Source of the DNA: Blastocladiella emersonii ATCC 22665
Taxonomy: Eukaryota; Fungi; Blastocladiomycota
DNA length: 64,000 nucleotides
Direction of reading: 5' to 3'
Assembly: GCA_025594325.1 (NCBI GenBank)
Contig: JANHCV010000015.1
Coordinates: 1 to 64,000 of the forward strand
The translations under genes and the position numbers were made by a program. Each line of letters starts with the position of its first letter. The first letter of the stretch is position 1. Of this stretch, positions 44,224-55,114 are shown piece by piece. The notes beneath the pieces were generated by a model. The model saw nothing but the letters and a program-made list of their open reading frames with translations. It had not been told where the DNA came from and did no database searches.

Positions 44224-45319
44224 GTAGGCGGCGGCGGCACCGAGGGTCGTTCGCGCTCGCGCCGGTCGCGACGGCGAGCTCTCCGGTCCACCTTTATCCA
44301 CGGTTATGGCATGTTTGCATCTAGTCTATGAATGAATCCATGTTGCTCTCCATCTGTTCCTTGTGTTGTCGAGAGAGAGCGAGAGTCAGGAGAGCGAGCC
44401 GAGTCGCTGGCCGAGTCGGTCAGTCGGTCGCTGCGCCACACCTTGAGCACGCTCGCCGACCGTCCTCTCTCCCCCGCATCGCCGACCTCGCACATGTACT
44501 GTAAGCCATGGATCAAATGCATCGATACTTGCGGCAACTAAGTCGAACCGCAAACACTTGCTGATTTTGGACCACCGGCAAGCGACGTCGCGTCGCTTCG
44601 TGTGCGTGAGGCCGCTGCTTCGCGTGCGGGAGAGCTCCTGCGGCTTCCACGCGGCCCGACCGTCAGTGCTTTGAGAGGTCCTCTCCATGTTCTCTTTGGG
44701 TGCTCAGTGTCGAGTTCAACTGTGCCCCGCAGTGGGCGCGCGCCGGGATGCGGCAGGGAAGCGTTCGCTCGCGAAGGCACACGGCTCAGCTCTGCTGCTA
44801 GACCTTCCCCTGCTGCAGCTCAGCCTGCCTTTCAAACCATTATCTTGCTGAGATTATCGTCAAGGGGTCGCTGTGACTTGCGCCGCGGCGACGCCGTTGA
44901 GAACGGATGCGGCCCGGTCCGTTCGCGGTCCGTTCGTGGCCCTCTCGCCTGCCCAATGCGGCCTGCTTCGCGCACGCATAGGTGTTTATCAAATCACTCA
45001 GCTCACATGGCTTGGCATCATCGAGAGCGACGTTGGTCTCGGTTCAGGTCTTGGCCGCGTTCCTCCGCTGTCGCCCTCGTGGAGGACGACGGCCTTATTC
45101 GGTCTTGTCCTTGATCGCCGGCCCGACCGCTTTGACACGTCACGCGCGTTTGAGTATCGCGAGGGAGGCGCGTCCACATCAATCGGATCCTGCCAGACAG
45201 CCTCAGTTGCAAGCTGCTCAAGGGCATCAAGTCCGCGTCAGTCAGGCTTCGTCGCGCTAAACCTCATCTCCTCTCGTGCTCCGTGGCAATGAAAACGCAA
45301 ATATGTTACAAAACGTTCG

Positions 45320-47313
45320 TCAGTTGCTCGCAGGCTTCTCCAGGACACCTTCGGGGAACACACGGGGAATAGCGCTTGCGTCACCTTGAACGTTGAGCAG
45401 AAGCGCGGCGAAACGGTCGGGGGCATGGTCCGCCGCAGCGCGAAGCAAATCCTCCATCACCACGGCCTCGAGTTTGGCTTGGCGTCTTGTCAAAGCCGCA
45501 TTACCAAGCACAGCGCGACAAAGAATCCCAAGGGGATCGGTGAGTTGCCCCATCAAGTCTTCATCGTCCTTGTTAACGATCGCGGGCGGGCACATGGAAA
45601 GAAAGCTGCGCCAAGCTGGGATTAGGTTCTTGTTGTGGAATAGCTTCTTGCTCCCGGAGGGCACTTCACCTCCCGCCCAGCAGCTTTCATATGACACAGC
45701 GACAAAGTAAGCTTCGTATATGGTTGTCCAGTCAAGGTGACTTGCGTCGTCAGAGATCAGGCGCACGAGTTTGGCGCTGCTGTCAGGATCCGTCAGGACT
45801 GGGATCAGAGTCGTTGCGAGCGCGCTGAACCACTCGTTGTAATATTCAACCTCATCTTCGAAAAGCAGCGCAAGGCGTTCCGCAATACGGATGCGAACGT
45901 CCGTTCCGCCAAGTTTGAGGGACTCGAGTTGAAGACCAAAGGCACAATCGGCGAATAGCCCAAGTTGCTGGACAATGAGGTCGACTGTTGTCGCGTGCCC
46001 GCACCGCTTCATGATGAGCGAAACGACGCTTGAAATTGTTTTCGATCCCACGAGCGCGCCAAACATGCGGCCAAGGAGCCCGTGCGGCTCGTCGTCGCCC
46101 TGTTCGCCAATGAGGAGTCGATTGACCACGGTTAAGCGAGCTGTTTTCAAGACTTGGGTCGCGACCGTGGCCAAGTACTCGAAGTCAGCAATCCAGGGCC
46201 AAGCTTGAGCAATCGCAAGCATAGGCTCGACGGAGCCTTTGCCAATCCAGCCAAGTAGCGGCATGCGGATCGCAATTTGCTGGAATTCGCTGGCCAAATC
46301 GACCAGGCGGTCACGATCGTACATTTCGAACACGTGAAGCAAATCGTCCAAGTCATGGACTGTTGGGCGGAGGTAAGCACTGAGAGCGACACATGGGGTT
46401 AGCCTCCGACGGTGCGACGTTCCGATGCGTCGCGTCCACCCGCGGTCCATGAGCCAGTCGAGCATGCGATATGCGCGCTCGAGTCCATAGGTGTCGATAC
46501 GCGCGAAAAAGGTCCAATAAACCCAAGGCATCTCGAGCACGGAAATGATGGTGTTAGGACGCGGGTGGTGCTCGAAAACGTACTTGAGAGTCTCGACATT
46601 CATGTGCGTAGCAGCAGATATCGCAATAAGGGTGAAAAAGTCCGCGCGAAGCACTTCGCCGGTGTTACCTTCCTGTTCTCGAAGCTGGTGCCGAAGCTCC
46701 CCGAGTTGTTCATGCGCGTCACTTGAAAAATCTGGGATCCACACGAGGAGCCGCTCCAGGGCTCCAAATGCCTCGAACGCGAGCAGCGGAAACGAGTGAG
46801 CGAGAACTTGGAGCGCATGGTCGAGGCTGCGAAAATCTTTGGTTGCCTCAAAATAGAGAGCAAGGGTCATAGCGTCCACGGCGCGGACTGCGGTGATAGC
46901 GGTACGACCATGATGAGGCGGAGCGACGATCGCGTCCAGAAGTGCACGCTGCTCCACAACAGTGTAGCGTCGAAAGGGCCGCATCAGTGCGTCAAAAAAG
47001 AGATGCCAAGCGGAGGACGCGGAAGATCACCGAAATTACCTTTGAACAAGAGTGAGGCGATCGTGCATTGGGCAATGGCAGAGCTGCGCCGGGGGGCGCG
47101 AATGTCTATGTAGCTGTTTGCGGGTGCAGCGTCGCGAAGCAGACATGCAAGCTGGTCGCCAACGCGATTGAACCACGTGAGCAAGAGCGACGGGCGGTCA
47201 ACGGCAGCGGCAGCAAAGGTTCGAGACGCGCTGACGACCCGAGACGAGGGCGCGCTGAGAGTAGCGACGAGCGCCACCGTGTCTTCCGGGAGAAGCGCAA
47301 AGTTGAAATCCAT
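45320..47313 (-). pseudogene. F-box-like family copy 5, full length with a single apparent frameshift near 46995
   Basis: MDFNFALLPEDTVALV...LPRPPL (46984-47313) continues in another frame as LFDALMRPF...DAMTLALYFEAT...HHPRPNT...LLRAAADHAPDRFA...FPEG. One base is missing in a T6 run relative to copy 4. Confidence 0.8.
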
Positions 47314-47392
47314 CGTCAGTTCATTCGATGCATTAAGTCGCTGTCGCGGTTGCTGGGAGACAGAACACGGTCAGCGGCGCGGCCGCCGTTTT
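47314..47392 (-). promoter_or_regulatory. Conserved upstream motif of the family, copy 5
   Basis: Minus strand reads aaaacggcggccgcgccgc...tctgtctccc...ATGcatcgaATGaactgacg|ATG. Confidence 0.65.
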
Positions 47393-47724
47393 CACCCCTG
47401 GGGCGAAGGCTCGACCCGTGGGAACTCGGCTCTGACAGATTTGACAGCTGCGAGGGTGCGTGGCGCAACGCGCTTCCGCATCACACGCACCATGGACGGA
47501 GCAGAGCGTTCAAAGACCAGATGCTGCCAAACGCTGGAAATAATAATATGTTGATCTGGAGGTAGACACGTACCAAACAGATATTTTCAAGTAAGCACAG
47601 GCGTGTGTGCTCCTCAGCAACTCAGCGGAGGCTTGTTCCCGCCTGATCACTCCCGCGGGCCGCGAGTGCGTTCAGCACGAGATAAACGATCATATATACT
47701 CGACAATCGCGAGAAAACTAGCAG

Positions 47725-48808
47725 TCAGCTGTCGGTCGAGCTCTCGTCATCGCCATGGTTGAGAGACGAATCGTCCCCGCCCGACTCACTTTCACTGTTG
47801 CCTGGGAGCGGACCATCAACTCCAAGGTACTTGTCGAGTGCCCCATCGGGAAAGATGTAATAGAGATCCAGGTTCAAGGTATCGCCATAAACTTCGAAAA
47901 TCATGAACTCGGCGAGAAGCTCGGGCGCGTGGGCCGCTGCAGCGCGAAGGATGTCAGAGGTCAATGCCACCTCTCGCGCAGAGTCCGCGTCGTCACGATT
48001 GCGAGGCACGATCCCCGTGCGATTGATTGCAAAGAGTGCCGCGCTGAGAGGGCTGAAGCGAGTCGGTCGGATCAACGGCCTTGGGCGGACAAACGGCAAG
48101 AAACTCGCGCCAAGCAGGGATGACTCGGTTGTCGTGAAGCAGAAGGTAGTTCTGTCTCCGCGTTGTCCGCGCCCAAGGTTCGCGTGAGAACTCCACAGAC
48201 ACGACCGCGAGGAAGGCCGCGTAAATGATCTCCCAGTGAACGCGGCCCTCTTCGCCAGAGGGTATCAGAGTCGCATGGTGATCCTTGGCATCTCGATCCA
48301 TTAGCAAGGGGACCAGGCACGTAGCAAGCGCACCCAGTAGCTCTGCAGAAAAGTTGGGGCATTCGAGCAGCATTTCAAAGAGGCGGGCCGCGACGGTCAT
48401 GCGGGCTTCAGGACTGCCGATTCCCAAGAGCTCAAGATCAAGCCCGAATTTACTGTCGGCGATTTCCCCCAAGTGCTCTGCAACCAATTCAGCTGCAGCT
48501 GCCGGTCCACAACGATCACCCACAAGAGTGATGACGCTAGCGTAAAGGTCCGGTCGCTTCGAGTAATAATCACCAACCTCGCCTAGCATAAAGCCAAGGA
48601 ATCGAGTGAGCTCGTCGCCTTGCTTGCCGAGCAGTAGTCAGCCGAGGTCGGGCACAACATGGCCAGCGTTCATGAGCTGGCCGAAGGTCCATTGTTCGCG
48701 AGTAGAATCAACCAGCCATGACCATGCGTGAGCAATAGTAAGGACAGGGTCGACGAGGCCTTTCGCCGTCCGGTCGCATATGGCGTAGCATATACTGCTT
48801 TCCTGTGA
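47725..48808 (-). pseudogene. F-box-like family copy 6: C-terminal half only, frameshifted, 5' part lost at or near the right IR arm
   Basis: DPVLTIAHAWSWLVDS; EVGDYYSKRPDLYA; FGLDLELLGIG; AWREFLAVCPPKAV; ILRAAAAHAP; IFPDGAL, spread across three frames. Confidence 0.85.
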
Positions 48809-49231
48809 AAGCCGCAGGAGCTCTCCCGCACGCGAAGCAGCGGCCTCACGCACACGAAGCGACGCGACGTCGCTTGCCGGTGGTCCAAAATCAGCAAGTG
48901 TTTGCGGTTCGACTTAGTTGCCGCAAGTATCGATGCATTTGATCCATGGCTTACAGTACATGTGCGAGGTCGGCGATGCGGGGGAGAGAGGACGGTCGGC
49001 GAGCGTGCTCAAGGTGTGGCGCAGCGACCGACTGACCGACTCGGCCAGCGACTCGGCTCGCTCTCCTGACTCTCGCTCTCTCTCGACAACACAAGGAACA
49101 GATGGAGAGCAACATGGATTCATTCATAGACTAGATGCAAACATGCCATAACCGTGGATAAAGGTGGACCGGAGAGCTCGCCGTCGCGACCGGCGCGAGC
49201 GCGAACGACCCTCGGTGCCGCCGCCGCCTAC

Positions 49232-50854
49232 TTACTGCTTGAAGGGGAAGCCGCCGCCAAAGCCGGGGAAGCCCTGGCCGTCATCGCCAAAGCCGGGGAA
49301 GCCCTGGCCATCGTCGCCACCGAACCCAGGCGGGAACTGGCCGTCGTCGCCGCCGCCGGGGAAGCCGGGGAAGCCGGGCGGGAACTGGCCTTGACCGTCG
49401 TCACCACCGGGGAAGCCGGGGAAGCCGGGCGGGAACTGGCCCTGGCCGTCGTCGCCGTCGCTGCCGCCGAGATCGTCACCGGGGAAGCCGGGCTGGCCGG
49501 GGAACGGGAAACCGGGCGGGAAGCCGGGCGGGAGCTGGGGCTGCTGGGGCGGCTGCGTGGGCGGCTGGGTCGGAGGCTGGGTCGGAGGCTGCGTGGGCGG
49601 CTGGCGACCACCGTTACCGCCGCCGCCGCCGTTGTTGCCGCCGCCGAGCGCGGGGTCGATGAACAGGAACTTGTTGGGCGTGCCGCGCAGGTTGCCCTTG
49701 ACGACGTTGGGCGTGGCCTTACCGAGCAGCTCCTGCTGCGCCTGCTGCGCGCTCATGCCCTGCGACCGGAGCGCGGCCACGACGCCGGCCACGTGCGGCG
49801 TCGCCATGGACGTGCCCGACAGCACCTTGGACCCGCCGCTGGCCGCGTCGACCGACTGGATGTTGACGCCGGGGGCGATGATGTCGACGCACCGGCCGAC
49901 GTTCGAGAAATCGGCGATCACGTCGTTGCGCGGGTCCGACGCCGCCACGGTGATGGCGTCCGGGATGAAGGCCGGCGACACGCCGCACGCGTCCTGCGAC
50001 TCGTTGCCCGCTGCCACGATCACGTTGACGCCGAGCTGGACCAGCGACTGGATCGCGCGCTGCGTCGTCGTGTCGTCCTGCCCCGGCGCGCGCGGCCCGC
50101 CGAGCGACATGGACACGACCGACGGCTTGCGCGACTGCTGCACGTCGCGCGCGACCGCCTCGAGCGCCTGCAGGATGGCCACGTTGGACCCGCGGCCCGA
50201 GCGGTCAAACACCTTGAGCGCGATCAGGTTGGCCTTCTTGGCGACGCCGAACGTGCCGCCGCCGATGGTGCCCGCGCAGTGCGACCCGTGGCCCTGCAGG
50301 TCGTTGGCGCCCTCGCCCGTAAAGTCCTGCAGGAACTTGGCGCGGCCCTGGAAGTCCGGGTGCTGCGTGTTGATGCCCGTGTCGATCACGTAGACGTTGA
50401 CGCCCTCGCCCGCGTTGGCGGGGAACGTGAAGGCGCCGTCGAGCCCGTTCTTGGCGTCGATGCGGTCGAGGCCCGCCGGCGGGTTGCGCTGCGTCTCGAA
50501 GATCTTCCACTCGATCTCCTTCTCGACCTTTTTCACGGTCGACAGCGACGCGAGCTTGGCCTGCAGCTCGGGCGCGCCCGCGGGCATGGCGAGCGCGCGG
50601 TAGCCCGTGCCGACCTGGATCAGCTTGGCCTTGTCGGCGGCGTTGGCGAGCCCCTGCTTCTGGTAGAACTCGACGACGGCCTGCTGCGCGGCCTTGAGGT
50701 CCTTGTCGGTCTTGAGCTCGACGATCCACGAGCCCGAGCTGGCGGGAGCCGCGGTGACGGCCTGCGTGCCCAGCAGCACGAGCGCGAGCAGCGTCACGAG
50801 CGACGCCACGGTCCAGCGGCGCGGCTTGGTCGAGCGGGTTGAGCGACGCGACAT
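49232..50854 (-). CDS. Secreted subtilisin, right-arm copy (translation identical to the left copy)
   Basis: ORF 49232-50953 translates identically to 42502-44223. Confidence 0.96.
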   Translation of the reverse strand: MSRRSTRSTKPRRWTVASLVTLLALVLLGTQAVTAAPASSGSWIVELKTDKDLKAAQQAVVEFYQKQGLANAADKAKLIQVGTGYRALAMPAGAPELQAKLASLSTVKKVEKEIEWKIFETQRNPPAGLDRIDAKNGLDGAFTFPANAGEGVNVYVIDTGINTQHPDFQGRAKFLQDFTGEGANDLQGHGSHCAGTIGGGTFGVAKKANLIALKVFDRSGRGSNVAILQALEAVARDVQQSRKPSVVSMSLGGPRAPGQDDTTTQRAIQSLVQLGVNVIVAAGNESQDACGVSPAFIPDAITVAASDPRNDVIADFSNVGRCVDIIAPGVNIQSVDAASGGSKVLSGTSMATPHVAGVVAALRSQGMSAQQAQQELLGKATPNVVKGNLRGTPNKFLFIDPALGGGNNGGGGGNGGRQPPTQPPTQPPTQPPTQPPQQPQLPPGFPPGFPFPGQPGFPGDDLGGSDGDDGQGQFPPGFPGFPGGDDGQGQFPPGFPGFPGGGDDGQFPPGFGGDDGQGFPGFGDDGQGFPGFGGGFPFKQ

Positions 50855-51521
50855 GTTGGTGGTTGTAGTTTTGGGGGAGATGGTGGTCCAGACGTCTAGT
50901 CGGAGGTGATGCGGGTGTAGAGCTGTCGAGCCGGCCGACAGGTGTACAGGCAACGTCTAGCGCCGTAGGGAGGGTGGGAGGTGATGGGTGCTGTGATCGA
51001 GTGAGGGTGAGCGCGGGGACCCGCCCGCTTTTGAGGGCTCCGTCGCTCGCCTAGTGCCCCTCTCCCCGCGCTCGCACACGCTCAACACGCGGACAGGTGT
51101 ACGACGCGGGCCGAAGTGCGAAAACCATGGCCGAGCTGTGAACGGCGGCGGCGCTGACTCTGACACGCGCGGCCGAGGAGCGCGACAAGGCACCCAGCCA
51201 CCGCCGGATTCATGACTCGCCGTCCCTGGACCGCTCACCCCGCACTGACGCGCGCACGCGGTCGCGAGGCGCCGCCCGTGTCGCCGCTATGGTTCGCTTG
51301 TGCACGGCCAGGGAGGTGCCGAGAATGCGGGTGGTCGTGCCGACGCGGCGTCATGGATCCCTGACGCGATGACGCGCGCCCCGTTCGCGAACGGAGCACG
51401 TTGTCTCTGCGACGATGGCCCGCACAGATGCAAGCAGGTCGGGACGCGCGCCGCTCATGGTCGTAGTCGCTGCGGTCGCGGGCCGAGGAGGCGTCTCAAG
51501 GCAGGCGTACTATATTCAGGG

Positions 51522-51767
51522 TCAGGCCTCGCGCGAGCCGCGAATGTCGCGGACCGTCTGCTTGAGCTCCTCGTCCGTGAAGCTGGCCGCGTACTTTTCC
51601 TACCAATGTGCGAGCGTGTGGGTGAGTCGGCGTTCAGGTCCAGGGCGAGCGATGGAGGCGGAGCGTACGAGCATACGCTGCTTGGCGCGGTCCTGGAGGT
51701 AGAAGCCGACGAGCCCGCCGCCGACAGCCATGCCAGTGACGAAGAGCACGCGAAGCGTTTGCCGCAT
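51522..51767 (-). CDS. Small single-TM protein, right-arm copy
   Basis: Mirror of 41688-41933. Confidence 0.65.
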
Positions 51768-52797
51768 GTTAGAACGGTGTTGCGCAAGAGTGGTTGGTGG
51801 CGCAGCAGGCGGGACAGGAGTGCGGAGCGGCCGCGACCGACTCGCCTGCCAGGCCGTTGCCCAGGCCGGACTCATCGGAGTCGCTCGCGAGCGAGATCGG
51901 CGTCTCGGTAGTCGTGCGGGAGCCTCAAGTATCGCGAACCATCCTAGAAGGGAGCGGTGCCGTCGCGGCGAGGCCACGGTCATCGATCGCGGCCATCGTC
52001 GCGGACGAAGCGCGTCGCCGCCAACTGCACACCTGGGTCTCTGCCGTGTACTTTCCTGTGCAACACAAGGCGGTCTCTCCTGACGGGACTACACCGAGCA
52101 GACATGCGACGATGCCCCGTCCGCGAGAGCTGGCCGCCCGGATCGGTCGCCACCGTCGTTGAGTCCCGGCTCGGCCTGGCCTTCCACCCGTGGAGCCGCT
52201 CGCGTCACGGTGCCGCTCAGACCGGTGCCCACGGTGGCAGCGGCCCACCTGCTCGGCCAGCTCGCGTGAGATGTGGTAGCCGCGGCGCGCGACGCTGGGC
52301 AAGTCGCGATGCTGGGCACGGCATGAGCTCGAGTGTCGCCGCGCACGCGGAAGCCGAGCGAACAGTAACAAGCGCGGGGTTCCTGGCGTGGACGCGCCGG
52401 CGCGAAGGGAAGCGAAGCGCGTCGCCGGGGCGCGAGACACGGCGGAGACACGCTCGGAAGCGAGGCGACGCACAAACACGTGACACGGGAAAGCGTGAGA
52501 AGCGCGGGCGGCGGCGGGTGCGATGGGGGTGGCAGGCGGCGGAACCCGGGCGATCGTTCCTTCGCGGTCGCCCGACTCGACGTGCTTCGCTTCGCCGCGG
52601 CGCTGTGCTGGCAGCTGTGCTGGCCAGCCAGGGCACACGCGCCGCGCATCGGGGTCCGGCCCGCGGCCACAGAGGGACCGCGGTACAAATACCCTCGGGC
52701 CCCTCGCGCACCCTGCCCGCTCCCGCCGAACCACTCCCGATAGCTTTCACCGTCCCCTCGCTGGATACTCTCGCGGACCCGTCCCACCATCGCCACC

Positions 52798-53996
52798 ATG
52801 TCGCAGCCCGAGACCTTTGCCTTCCAGGCCGAGCTGGCCCAGCTCATGGGCCTCATCATCAACAGTATGTGATCGACAACCACCCGCGAGCGCGCTCGGC
52901 TCGGCGGCAACGCGGCGACGGCGCGGACGTGCTCGATCGCGTCGCTGCCGTCGTCCGCGTCGCCCGACGTCGCCGTTCGCGCCCTGCACAACCTCCGTGT
53001 CCCGCCCGAGCTCGCGCGCTCACACGCCCTCCCCCCGCTCGCCCCTAGCCTTCTACTCGAACAAGGATGTCTTCCTGCGTGAGCTGGTCTCCAACGCGTC
53101 GGACGCGCTCGACAAGATCCGCTACGAGTCGCTGACGGACCCGTCCAAGCTCGACTCGGAGAAGGACCTGTTCATCCGCATCAAGGCCGACAAGGAGAAC
53201 AAGGTGCTCGAGATCCGCGACTCGGGCATCGGCATGACCAAGGCCGACCTCGTCAACAACCTCGGCACCATTGCCCGCTCGGGCACCAAGGCCTTCATGG
53301 AGCAGCTGACTTCGGGCGGCGGCGACATTTCGATGATCGGCCAGTTCGGTGTCGGTTTCTACGCTGCCTACCTCGTCGCCGAGACGGTCCAGGTCGTGAC
53401 CAAGCACAACGACGACGAGCAGTACCTGTGGGAGTCGGCCGCCGGCGGCACCTTCACCATCAAGCGCGACACCGAGGGCGAGCAGATCGGCCGCGGTACC
53501 GTGATCCGCCTCTTCATGAAGGAGGACCAGCTCGAGTACCTCGAGGAGGCCAAGATCAAGGAGATCATCAAGAAGCACTCCGAGTTCATCGGCTACCCGA
53601 TCCAGCTCGTCGTGACCAAGGAGGTGGAGAAGGAGGTCGAGGACGAGGAGGCGGCCGAGGACGATGCCGACAAGAAGGAGGACGAGGCCAAGATCGAGGA
53701 GATCGACGAGGACGAGGAGGCGGCCGACAAGGCCAAGAAGACCAAGAAGGTCAAGGAGACGACGACCGAGATCGAGGAGCTCAACAAGACCAAGCCCATC
53801 TGGACCCGCAACCCCGAGGACATCACCAACGAGGAGTACGCGGCCTTCTACAAGTCCATCTCCAACGACTGGGAGGACCACCTCGCCGTCAAGCACTTCT
53901 CGGTCGAGGGCCAGCTCGAGTTCCGCGCCATCCTCTTCATCCCGCGCCGCGCGCCCTTCGACATGTTCGAGCAGAAGAAGAAGCGCAACAACATCA

Positions 53997-54028
<32 letters not shown>

Positions 54029-55114
54029 AACTGCGAGGAGCTCATCCCCGAGTGGCTCAGCTTCGTCAAGGGCATCGTCGACTCGGAGGACCTGCCCCTC
54101 AACATCTCGCGCGAGACGCTGCAGCAGAACAAGATCCTCAAGGTGATCCGCAAGAACCTGGTCAAGAAGGTGATCGACATGTTCACGGAGATTGCCGAGG
54201 ACAAGGAGAACTTCAACAAGCTGTACGAGGCCTTCGCCAAGAACATCAAGCTCGGCGTGCACGAGGACTCGCAGAACCGCGCCAAGCTCGCCGAGTTCCT
54301 GCGCTACCACTCGACCAAGTCGGGCGAAGAGATGACGTCGCTCAAGGACTACGTGACCCGCATGCCCGAGTCGCAGAAGGACATCTACTACATCTCGGGC
54401 GAGTCCAAGGCCGCGGTCGAGAACGCGCCCTTCCTCGAGGCGCTCAAGAAGCGCGGCTACGAGGTGCTGTACCTCGTGGACCCCATCGACGAGTACGCCG
54501 TGCAGCAGCTTAAGGAGTACGACGGCAAGAAGCTCGTGTCGGTGACCAAGGAGGGCCTCGAGCTCGACGACACCGAGGAGGAGAAGAAGCTGCAGGAGGA
54601 GGAGAAGGCCGCCTTCGAGCCCCTGTGCAAGGAGATCAAGTCGATCCTCGGCGACAAGGTCGAGAAGGTGACCATCTCGCACCGCATCGTCGACTCGCCC
54701 TGCGTGCTCGTGACGGGCCAGTACGGCTGGTCGGCCAACATGGAGCGCATCATGCGCGCCCAGGCCCTGCGCGACTCGTCCATGTCGGCGTACATGGCGT
54801 CCAAGAAGACCATGGAGATCAACCCGCGCAACTCGATTGTCAAGTCGCTCAAGGCCAAGTTCGACGCGGACGCGTCGGACAAGACGGTCAAGGACCTGAC
54901 GCAGCTCCTGTTCGAGACGTCGCTGCTCGCCTCGGGCTTCTCGCTCGACGACCCCGCCATCTTCGCCAAGCGCATCCACCGCATGATCAAGCTCGGTCTC
55001 TCGATCGACGACGACGCGGCCGACGCCGACGTTGCCGCGCCCGTGGCCGAGGACGACCTGCCCCCTCTCGAGGAGGTCGACACGTCGGCCTCGCGCATGG
55101 AGGAGGTCGACTAA
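52798..55114 (+). CDS. HSP90: Cytosolic Hsp90; intron 52865-53048
   Basis: [12 protein letters not shown]...[48 protein letters not shown]-terminal MEEVD. Confidence 0.99.

Larger units (their letters stand above)
41630..44646 (+). repeat. Left arm (about 3017 bp) of a large inverted repeat
   Basis: Position x pairs with 93455-x. ORFs in several frames give identical translations in both arms. One mismatch seen at 41641/51814. Confidence 0.97.
48809..51825 (-). repeat. Right arm of the large inverted repeat
   Basis: Reverse complement of 41630-44646. Confidence 0.97.

Noticed and set aside
41630-51825. Composite or giant DNA transposon interpretation of the inverted repeat
   Set aside because: No transposase, recombinase or integrase ORF in the arms or spacer, no target-site duplication, and the arms consist of ordinary host genes. 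Kept only as an inverted duplication or possible invertible locus.
51826-52797. Heat-shock elements upstream of HSP90
   Set aside because: Isolated GAA/TTC triplets occur, but I found no correctly phased nGAAnnTTCnnGAAn array.
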